Made by a program: the position numbers and the translations under genes
Notes under the pieces: generated by a model
What the model was told of the DNA's origin: nothing
Seen by the model: the letters and a program-made list of their open reading frames with translations, nothing else
The model's database searches: none
In this document: in pieces, positions 57,147-64,000 of the stretch
Position numbering within the stretch: position 1 is the first letter of the stretch
Layout of the letters: the number at the start of each line of letters is the position of its first letter
Source of the DNA: an uncultured Planctomycetales bacterium
GTDB lineage: Bacteria; Omnitrophota; Gorgyraeia; Zapsychrales; JAHFFX01
Assembly (NCBI GenBank): GCA_964464475.1
Contig: CAYXGG010000001.1
Coordinates: 87,174 to 151,173 of the forward strand
DNA: 64,000 nucleotides
Direction of reading: 5' to 3'

Positions 57147-57428
57147 ATGAAAAGTACATTTTCAAAGTTAAAAATTTTATCTTTGTTAGGATTTATGCCT
57201 GCAATTTATGGTTGTGGGGCTGGTGGTGGGGCTTTAGGGGCTCTTTTTGGTGCAGTGGGTGGAGGTGTTGCTTCAGCTTTTGGTGGAGGTGGTTCTTTAG
57301 CGTTAGACAGTGGGGGTGGCAGTGGTGGTATTGGTGTTGCGACATTTCATAATCCAGAACCCACATCAATGGCATTATTAGGAACAGGGATGGCTGCCAT
57401 GGCGCTTTATCGAAAGTTTAAGAAATAG
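57147..57428 (+). CDS. Small Gly-rich PEP-CTERM protein with a lipobox-like N-terminus
   Basis: SD AAGGAG; signal ending IYG|C; C-terminal NPEPTSMALLGTGMAAMALYRKFKK. Confidence 0.88.
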   Translation: MKSTFSKLKILSLLGFMPAIYGCGAGGGALGALFGAVGGGVASAFGGGGSLALDSGGGSGGIGVATFHNPEPTSMALLGTGMAAMALYRKFKK

Positions 57429-57461
57429 TGATTTGATTGCTGTTGAGCTTATTGTTTAAAG

Positions 57462-57499
57462 AGGCGGCGGGTGAGATATTCACCTGTCGCCTTTTTTTT
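57462..57499 (+). terminator. Intrinsic terminator closing the two-gene PEP-CTERM operon
   Basis: AGGCGGCGGGTGA-GATAT-TCACCTGTCGCCT followed by a T run. Confidence 0.88.
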
Positions 57500-57526
57500 G
57501 AATAGGCAAATTAATCTGAACTGGAA

Positions 57527-57554
57527 TTGACAGCCACATGTCAAATGATAGAAT
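57527..57554 (+). promoter_or_regulatory. Sigma-70 promoter of the regulatory operon
   Basis: TTGACA-N16-TAGAAT with extended -10 TG; the -35 lies within the palindrome TTGACA-N6-TGTCAA. Confidence 0.7.
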
Positions 57555-57609
57555 TAATCACAAGTCGTTGATAAATAAATAATTTATAAACTATTATAGA
57601 TAAAGAATC

Positions 57610-58479
57610 ATGCCTTCTCGAAGTAGTAAACACGTCATATCCTTACTGAAAACTGCTATTGTTGCGATAGTCGAGCATCCAATAATTTTGTTTCCTTTTT
57701 TGATTTTGGTATTTATTCAATTGTTGCTTCTAGAGGTTTTATTTTTTTCTCCGCGCTATCCTTTGTCAATATTTTTCTCCCCATTGATTCGCACTTTATA
57801 TGGAGAAGCTTTTTTACATTACCCAAACAACTTTATATTAATACCTAAACTTTTTCAATATGTGCAAATGGGGACGTACATTTTCTTTGCTAGTTATTTA
57901 ATTGGGGTATGTGTTGAAATTATTTACCTTATTAATGCCGAAAAGAAATTTACCCTAAGAGCTGTTTTTCGTAGCGTCTTGTCTAGATACGTACATTTAT
58001 TGATGGCGGCAGTAGTCATGTACGTAACGTTTTATTTATTCTTTAGTTCTTATGATGTTTTGTTGCAGCGAGCGAGAATGATTAGATCTGAAGCAGGGGT
58101 TTTCTTCTTAATAAAGGAAATAATTGTTGTTGCCACGCCTTATGTCAACCTTTTTGTAGGAGCCTTGGCGACCGCCCTATATGCATTTGTGGTTCCTTTT
58201 ATCGTGATTGACAGGAAAAAAGTATTTGTAGCAATATGGGAGAATTTTCGTTTATTAAGTAAATCATTTTGGATGGTTTTAGTCACGGTTATTCTGGCAA
58301 CAATGCTGTATTTGCCCATTTTATTTTTTCGGAATAACGTCGGCCTGTGGGCCGATGATTACTTTCCAAGTCTAAGGGTTTGGATTATTGTAATCAGTAT
58401 TATCGTTCAAGCCTTTATTGATTGCGTTATCTATTCGAGTCTAACAAGTTATTTTCTTTTTCTGAAAGAGCAGAAATGA
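57610..58479 (+). CDS. Polytopic membrane protein of unknown function
   Basis: ~6 hydrophobic helices; translationally coupled to the next gene. Confidence 0.75.
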   Translation: MPSRSSKHVISLLKTAIVAIVEHPIILFPFLILVFIQLLLLEVLFFSPRYPLSIFFSPLIRTLYGEAFLHYPNNFILIPKLFQYVQMGTYIFFASYLIGVCVEIIYLINAEKKFTLRAVFRSVLSRYVHLLMAAVVMYVTFYLFFSSYDVLLQRARMIRSEAGVFFLIKEIIVVATPYVNLFVGALATALYAFVVPFIVIDRKKVFVAIWENFRLLSKSFWMVLVTVILATMLYLPILFFRNNVGLWADDYFPSLRVWIIVISIIVQAFIDCVIYSSLTSYFLFLKEQK

Positions 58480-59384
58480 AGAAGTGCATTGTTTTTATGG
58501 TTCTTGTTTTGGGCGGGATGTTTCTTTTATTTACTGTTTTGGGTCAAGATGGTGATTATGGCGCAGAACAAGAAATGTGGATAGCTAACAAGAAATTTAA
58601 ATTAATTACTCTGGATCCGGCTAATACTCCAGATCAGGAATTTATTAGATTAGAAAAGGTTTATCGAAAAGTAATTAATCGGTACCCGAACTCGTATTTA
58701 ATTAATCAGGCGTATCTTAATATTGGAAGAATGTATGTCTATAAACGAGATTATCGACTAGCTAGAGAGAAGTATCAGGAGATAATAAGAAATTTTCCTC
58801 AAAATCGGATCCTGACATCTGAGGCTTGGATCGCGATGGGGCAGAGTTTTGAGCTGGAGGAGAACTCGCAGGAGGCATTGAGAATTTATAAAATGGTGAT
58901 TAACCAGTTTTCGGAGACTGACTCTGGGCTAATGGCTCCGCTGTATGTAATAAACTTTTTGAAGAAACTAAAGAAAGATGAGGATCTTGAGGAGTTTTTG
59001 ATTCAAGTTGAGCCGCATTATCGAAATTTAGCTAGTAAGCACAAGGGGTCAGCCTTAGAGATTAAATCATTACGTATGTTAACAAACGCTTATTTGCAGC
59101 AAGAGAAATGGGATGCCGCCGTATCTGTCTTGGGAGATATATTATTGCAGTCAATGGCTTCAAGCCAATTGACTCCACAAGAGGCAAATGTTCTTATAAG
59201 ATCAATAAACGCTATCTCAATTACTGAATTGAAGAATTATGATTTGCCGATTAAAATCTACGAAGAATTTATTGCCAGTTACCCTAACCACGGTCTTAGT
59301 CGCCTCATGAAGGAATTGATTAAAGCTTTGACTGCTTTGAAATCTCAGAAGGCGGAGTTTACTCCAAAGAGTTTTGTGCCATGA
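58476..59384 (+). CDS. Exported TPR-repeat protein (BamD/YbgF-like repeats)
   Basis: N-terminal hydrophobic signal; YRKVINRYPNS, YQEIIRNFP, YEEFIASYP motifs; start at ATG 58476 (ATGA overlap). Confidence 0.8.
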   Translation: MKKCIVFMVLVLGGMFLLFTVLGQDGDYGAEQEMWIANKKFKLITLDPANTPDQEFIRLEKVYRKVINRYPNSYLINQAYLNIGRMYVYKRDYRLAREKYQEIIRNFPQNRILTSEAWIAMGQSFELEENSQEALRIYKMVINQFSETDSGLMAPLYVINFLKKLKKDEDLEEFLIQVEPHYRNLASKHKGSALEIKSLRMLTNAYLQQEKWDAAVSVLGDILLQSMASSQLTPQEANVLIRSINAISITELKNYDLPIKIYEEFIASYPNHGLSRLMKELIKALTALKSQKAEFTPKSFVP

Positions 59385-60700
59385 AAACTACTTCTGCTCA
59401 ACATTCTGAAGAGATGCTTTTGGGAAAGCCCAATGCTTTTCAAAAAGTCAGCGACATTTGTTCCGGTGTTAATTCGGTCAAAGACGAAAACGAGTTGCTG
59501 ACTCAGAATCTGGGTCAACTCTTAGAGCTATTCTCAGCCAGGAGGGGCTCGATATTTATTTTTAATGCCCGGCGAAAAGAGTTGGATCTTAAGGTATCTA
59601 AAGGAATGGCTACAGCTGAACAGAAACATTTGGTCAAGCGTATGGGGGAGGGAGTGGTTGGGAAAGTTGCAGAATTGAAGCAGCCAATTGTGGTTGATGA
59701 TATCTCTAAGGACGATCGGTTTCATAATTATCATGCTCGGGGAAGTTATCGTTCACCTTCTTTCATTTGTGCTCCTTTGTTGTTAAAAGATCAGTTGTTG
59801 GGAGTCATTAGTATCGCAGACAAAGTATCTGGACAGAGGTTTAGTAAAGATGAATTGCTTTTGCTCGACTTTTTGTCGAGTCAGATAGCCTTGAATTATA
59901 AACGGATAAAGTTATATAAGAAATTCAGAAATGTTATTAAAGAGGCGCAAAGTTTAAAGAACGCTTTGGGAAAAAAGTCCGATGAGGCTAATCAGCTCAG
60001 AAAACAGATCGTTGTTCAAGAAAAGTTTGCTTCTATTGGTAAATTGGCGGGTGGAATCGCGCATGAGTTTAATAATCCACTTGACGGGGTTATTCGATAC
60101 ACGAATCTTTCTTTAGAACATCTGAAGAATGATGATGTTGTTCGTGGGTATCTGTTGGAAATAAGGCAAGGATTGCATCGAATGGCCAATATTGTTAGGA
60201 ATTTATTGGCTTGTTCCCGAAATACTCAGGCAAGTATGCAAAAGGTTGATGTGAATCATCGAATTGAGCAGGTCGTGAATGGACTGCAGTCAGATTTTTT
60301 TATGAAGGGAATTAATTTGCGGAAGGATTTCTCTAAAGATATTCCGCTGGTCGTTGATTTAGGGTTAGACTTGATTTTCTCTAATTTACTAAGAAATGCT
60401 ATTGATGCGGTAAAATCAGGCGGTACTATAAAAATATCTACAAGGTTTGCTCAAGAAGTTCTTACTATCCGAGTTGAGGATAATGGATGCGGGATTCCCT
60501 CCGAAATGATGGAGCAGATATTTGAACCATTCTTCACCACTAAGGATATCGAGAAGGGGTGCGGTTTGGGTTTAACAATTGTAGATGAGATTGTCAAAAG
60601 TTATGGCGGGCGTATCCATTTGGAGAGTGCGCCGGATAAAGGAACGGCTTTTACGATCACATTACCAGCGAAGGTATCTACTTATGCAAAAAAACACTAA
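59381..60700 (+). CDS. GAF-domain sensor histidine kinase (soluble)
   Basis: GAF (GEGVVGKVA, SFICAPL), H-box GIAHEFNNPL, NLLRNAIDA, DNGCGI, FEPFFTTK, GLGL. Confidence 0.93.
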   Translation: MKTTSAQHSEEMLLGKPNAFQKVSDICSGVNSVKDENELLTQNLGQLLELFSARRGSIFIFNARRKELDLKVSKGMATAEQKHLVKRMGEGVVGKVAELKQPIVVDDISKDDRFHNYHARGSYRSPSFICAPLLLKDQLLGVISIADKVSGQRFSKDELLLLDFLSSQIALNYKRIKLYKKFRNVIKEAQSLKNALGKKSDEANQLRKQIVVQEKFASIGKLAGGIAHEFNNPLDGVIRYTNLSLEHLKNDDVVRGYLLEIRQGLHRMANIVRNLLACSRNTQASMQKVDVNHRIEQVVNGLQSDFFMKGINLRKDFSKDIPLVVDLGLDLIFSNLLRNAIDAVKSGGTIKISTRFAQEVLTIRVEDNGCGIPSEMMEQIFEPFFTTKDIEKGCGLGLTIVDEIVKSYGGRIHLESAPDKGTAFTITLPAKVSTYAKKH

Positions 60701-62096
60701 CAATCATCTTCATATTTTGATTGTCGATGATGAGCCTTTGATACGTCAATCATTGTTTGAAAGTCTGAGGATTGAAGGTTTTCAAGCCACGATGTCGAGT
60801 AATGGCGAAGATGCCTTGGAAAAGTTAAGAAATAACAAAGTAGATATTCTATTAACTGATTTAAAGTTGCCCAAAATGTCCGGTATTCAATTGTTAGAGA
60901 AAGTTAAAAAAGACTACCCGCAAATTGAGGTGATTTTGATTACGGGATTTGGAACGATCGAGACGGCTGTTGAAGCGATGCGTAAAGGCGCTTACGACTA
61001 TATTACTAAGCCAATAAATGACCAAGAGGTGCGTTTGATTTTGCAGAAAATTGTGGAAAAGAAACAGATTCTGCAAGAAAACCAAGATTTAAAGAAAATT
61101 ATTGATAGAACGACGCCTAATTCATTTTGTAGTTTAGTCGGTCGCAGCGAGAAAATGCAGAAAGTTTATCAGATCATTGAATCAGTGGCGAGCACAAATG
61201 CGACTATATTAATTAATGGGGAGAGTGGCACGGGTAAAGGAATGACGGCTAACGCTATTCATCAAAGCGATCGACTCCGCGGCGATAAGCCATTTGTAGA
61301 GGTTAGTTGTGGGGCTTTATCGGAAACTTTGTTGGAAAGTGAGCTGTTTGGTCATGTGAAAGGGGCGTTTACGGGTGCAATTAAGGATAAGGAGGGGCGT
61401 TTTGAATTTGCCAAAGGGGGTACCATCTTTCTCGATGAAATTGACGCCTTTTCGCCTAATTTGCAGGTTAAGTTATTGAGGGTTCTTCAAGATGGGGTTT
61501 TTGAAAGAGTGGGGGATAATAAAACGCGCCACGCGGATGTGCGAATTATTGTGGCTACTAACCAAAATCTAAATGAATTGGTCGCGAAGGGGAAGTTTCG
61601 AGAGGATTTGTATTATCGCATTAATGTCATTGCCATTCCTTTGCCACCCTTAAGAGAGCGTCGGGATGATATTGAGTTTTTAGCCAAATTCTTTATTGAG
61701 AAATACAGTAAAATTAATCGTAAGTCTGTGTCTGGGCTTTCATTGGAAGCTTTGGATCTTTTTAAGGGGTACCATTGGCCTGGAAATGTTCGAGAGCTCG
61801 AAAATGCTATTGAGGGTGCTGTTATTATGGCCAAAAAAGAAATAATTCAAAAAGAGGATATTCCATCTGTTAATCGGATGTTGGAGGGGTATGGCGCTCG
61901 CTCGGCGATGGTTGGTTCGAGTTCAGATTTGGATCAATCTCTGAAGAAAAATTTAGAAACACCTGAGAAAGAACTTATTCTTGCAGTGTTAGAAGAATGT
62001 CGCTGGAATAGAAATAAGGCTGCTGAAAGGTTAGGAATTAATCGGACCACGTTGTATAACAAAATGAAGAAGTACAATATATCTTTTGATAAATAA
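60684..62096 (+). CDS. Sigma-54-dependent response regulator (NtrC family)
   Basis: REC (IVDDE, TDLKLP), GESGTGK, ESELFGHVKGAFTGA, FLDEID, WPGNVREL, Fis-type HTH; start at ATG 60684. Confidence 0.95.
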   Translation: MQKNTNNHLHILIVDDEPLIRQSLFESLRIEGFQATMSSNGEDALEKLRNNKVDILLTDLKLPKMSGIQLLEKVKKDYPQIEVILITGFGTIETAVEAMRKGAYDYITKPINDQEVRLILQKIVEKKQILQENQDLKKIIDRTTPNSFCSLVGRSEKMQKVYQIIESVASTNATILINGESGTGKGMTANAIHQSDRLRGDKPFVEVSCGALSETLLESELFGHVKGAFTGAIKDKEGRFEFAKGGTIFLDEIDAFSPNLQVKLLRVLQDGVFERVGDNKTRHADVRIIVATNQNLNELVAKGKFREDLYYRINVIAIPLPPLRERRDDIEFLAKFFIEKYSKINRKSVSGLSLEALDLFKGYHWPGNVRELENAIEGAVIMAKKEIIQKEDIPSVNRMLEGYGARSAMVGSSSDLDQSLKKNLETPEKELILAVLEECRWNRNKAAERLGINRTTLYNKMKKYNISFDK

Positions 62097-62117
62097 TAAT
62101 TTGCAAACATTTTTCTT

Positions 62118-63197
62118 ATGATGCCCGAAGATTTCAAAAATATGGCAACTGAGTTAATTGTTAAGGATCGGTGGGCCGGATTGCTGGCTCATTTTACCGA
62201 GGCTTTAAGAATTAATTTATTCTTAATGGATTGTGAAGGGAGGATCGTTTTACCGTCCTCTAAGGGCCGTTTTGGCAGCTCTTTGCTGGCAAATTCGGCT
62301 TTCGCTGGTGATTTGGTCTCAAATCCCGGAAATTTTCTAAAGAAATTCGTAAGCAGTAGCGGACATTACCTAGAAAATAAAATGCCTGCTGGCTTTTATT
62401 CCTATGCAATTCCGATTATTGGGAAGGATAGTGAGATTCTAGCGTATTTGATTGTTGGCCCCGTAATTATTGGACAGAGATTGGACAAACAAGATTATCG
62501 TAGTGCTGCGCGCAATATGGGTCTTGATGAGGAAGAATTTCTGGAAGTAGTTGATGAAGTAAAAGTTTTGTCTCATCTGTCGCTAAAAGCAACCCTGGAT
62601 CTTTTGGCTGAAGTGCTTGAATATGGCGTTCAAATGAATTCTCAAAAACAAGAGTTGGAGCATCTAAAGCTAAATATGGGTCTGCTTTCTGTTAAAGCTT
62701 CTCAAGAGCTCAAAGATATATATTCTTCTATATATTTTGATGAGTTGCTAGTGTCGCTTTTAGATGCGGCATTAAGTATGTCTAAAGCTGATACCGGTTC
62801 AGTCATGCTTGTTGATAAAGAAGGAAAAGGCTTGAGTATTAAAGCTTCTAGGGGGGTTTCTAAGAGTTATACGGAGAGTTCAATCATTCCATTGGGGCAA
62901 GGCTTGGCAGGTTGGGTAGTTCAACATAAAAAACCTCTTGTAATCTCTGGTGAAACTGAAAATAACCGAATTAAGCATCTTCTGAAAAGGCCAGAAATTA
63001 GGCAATCGTTGGTAATTCCGTTAGCTGTACAAAATACCATTTTGGGAGTTCTAAATTTGAGTACGTATTCAAAGGAGATCAGTATTTCTTCAGAACAAAC
63101 TTTTCAAGCAGTTTCCCACCTAGTTAGTTTAACCGCATCCGCATTGCTTAATATTCAGCAGAAAATTGAGACAGCGCCGCCTAATCAAATTGCTTAG
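62118..63197 (+). CDS. PocR-like sensor + GAF domain protein without output domain
   Basis: N-terminal PocR pattern (YAIPII..LAYLIVGPV); C-terminal GAF (ADTGSVML, GQGLAGWV, LVIPL..LGVLNL). Confidence 0.75.
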   Translation: MMPEDFKNMATELIVKDRWAGLLAHFTEALRINLFLMDCEGRIVLPSSKGRFGSSLLANSAFAGDLVSNPGNFLKKFVSSSGHYLENKMPAGFYSYAIPIIGKDSEILAYLIVGPVIIGQRLDKQDYRSAARNMGLDEEEFLEVVDEVKVLSHLSLKATLDLLAEVLEYGVQMNSQKQELEHLKLNMGLLSVKASQELKDIYSSIYFDELLVSLLDAALSMSKADTGSVMLVDKEGKGLSIKASRGVSKSYTESSIIPLGQGLAGWVVQHKKPLVISGETENNRIKHLLKRPEIRQSLVIPLAVQNTILGVLNLSTYSKEISISSEQTFQAVSHLVSLTASALLNIQQKIETAPPNQIA

Positions 63198-63257
63198 GAA
63201 TTGCGTATGGCTCTAATCACAAGTCTTTTTTGGGGATATTAATTAGCGCCCATCTTT

Positions 63258-63285
63258 ACTTCCCATAATATATGTTATGTTAACT
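63258..63285 (+). other. XerC/XerD dif-like recombination site
   Basis: ACTTCCCATAA-TATATG-TTATGTTAACT: 11-6-11 architecture; XerD arm 10/11 to E. coli TTATGTTAAAT; XerC arm resembles Bacillus ACTTCCTAGAA; intergenic between convergent genes. Confidence 0.85.
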
Positions 63286-63330
63286 ATGTGATTAGGAGAG
63301 GAGGTTTTTCCTTGGCATCCTTGGTAGTTG

Positions 63331-63774
63331 TTAGTCGCTAATTAACTTAAAGTTATTGATATCTGGGGTCTTCTGGGTTGGGGTCATACTTTCGATAGAG
63401 TTTGGTTCAATTTCAATGAGGACAAATTTAGGGTCTGAAGGGCTGGAAAAGTATTGCCTAAGCATGGGAATGTTGTTCCAGACCAGCTCCTTGTTTTCTA
63501 AGTTTTCGCTAATCCTTCCTATCCCGGTTATCCTGCAGTAGGACATTTTCCGGTCAATGTAGCAAAGTTCAATTTTGGGGTTTATTTTGACTTGCTGAAT
63601 GGTCCTGGAATGGCTTAAAATTGCCAATAATAATGTACCATCATCAGCCAAATGCGGCATCATGGGTCTCACTCGGGGTTGATCATTTTCTACTGTTGCT
63701 AGGCAGCCGAATCCAGCGTCCTTTATGAGGTCAATAATCCAGTTTCTTTTTAAGGCCAATTGGGGGTCTTCCAT
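63331..63774 (-). CDS. Pyridoxamine 5'-phosphate oxidase-like FMN-binding protein (general stress protein 26 type)
   Basis: LATVENDQPRVRPM, NPKIELCY, RITG, YFSSPSDP. Confidence 0.8.
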   Translation of the reverse strand: MEDPQLALKRNWIIDLIKDAGFGCLATVENDQPRVRPMMPHLADDGTLLLAILSHSRTIQQVKINPKIELCYIDRKMSYCRITGIGRISENLENKELVWNNIPMLRQYFSSPSDPKFVLIEIEPNSIESMTPTQKTPDINNFKLISD

Positions 63775-63803
63775 GATCTATTCTCTCCTGTTTGGTTTAA
63801 ATA

Positions 63804-63998
63804 CTAATGCTGTATATTGAATTTTGAAGTATTTAAAGCTTGATGGTTGTTTAGTTTAACTAACTCAGCCGCAATTGAAATGGCTATTTCTTCTGGTGTT
63901 TGGGCTCCAATATCGAGTCCCATGGGAGCCCTAATTTTGTTGATTTTTTTTTCAGATAGCTTAAGTTCTCTTAATTTTCTGATGAATTTTATTTTCTT
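63804..63998 (-). CDS. C-terminus of an XdhC/CoxI-family molybdoenzyme accessory protein (partial; not in the ORF track)
   Basis: Manual translation ...KIRAPMGLDIGAQTPEEIAISIAAELV...QH*, matching the XdhC C-terminal signature. Confidence 0.8.
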   Translation of the reverse strand, partial: KKIKFIRKLRELKLSEKKINKIRAPMGLDIGAQTPEEIAISIAAELVKLNNHQALNTSKFNIQH

Positions 63999-64000
63999 GA

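Noticed and set aside
59645-59652. KOPS-like GGGNAGGG octamers on the + strand (also 32483, 44020) pointing to the dif-like site
   Set aside because: Too few, not exhaustively counted, expected from G skew, and the motif is lineage-specific.
496-63541. The many 60-130 aa ORFs overlapping annotated genes on the opposite strand or in alternative frames
   Set aside because: No recognisable motifs or translation signals; they overlap well-supported CDSs.
1-64000. tRNA, rRNA, transposase or integrase genes
   Set aside because: None recognised; intergenic spaces are short and explained by promoters, terminators, the riboswitch and the dif-like site.

Overview
Bacterial chromosomal window, almost entirely + strand coding (lineage not determinable from sequence alone; the gene content is reminiscent of PVC/Omnitrophota-like organisms, which is inference only). 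Left end: tetrapyrrole genes (a HemC-CobA-HemD triple fusion, hemB, hemL), a DUF3568-like lipoprotein and a cupin. From 5.5 to 63.2 kb lies one apparently self-contained sigma-54 / exosortase (PEP-CTERM) surface-glycan locus. It comprises a divergent rpoN; a ~40 kb glycan operon (Wza/Wzc-like export, ExeA-like ATPase, two Wzm/Wzt ABC pairs, many GTs, modifying enzymes, Wzy/ligase, glycoside hydrolase, deacetylase); a cyclic-dinucleotide (GEMM-I) riboswitch-controlled beta-helix/Cys-repeat surface protein; three minor pilins; exosortase + EpsI; and a GAF kinase / NtrC-type activator / PocR-GAF regulatory block. The most unusual elements are: (i) a priming phosphoglycosyltransferase carrying an internal PEP-CTERM sorting signal in front of its catalytic domain; (ii) a co-transcribed tiny Gly-rich PEP-CTERM lipopeptide; (iii) two matched sigma-54 promoters 49 kb apart sharing a 19/20-bp upstream element; (iv) a GEMM-I riboswitch with the A20 (cGAMP-type) base and a two-hairpin insertion; (v) a XerCD dif-like site at the right boundary. 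All product calls come from motif recognition, without database searches.
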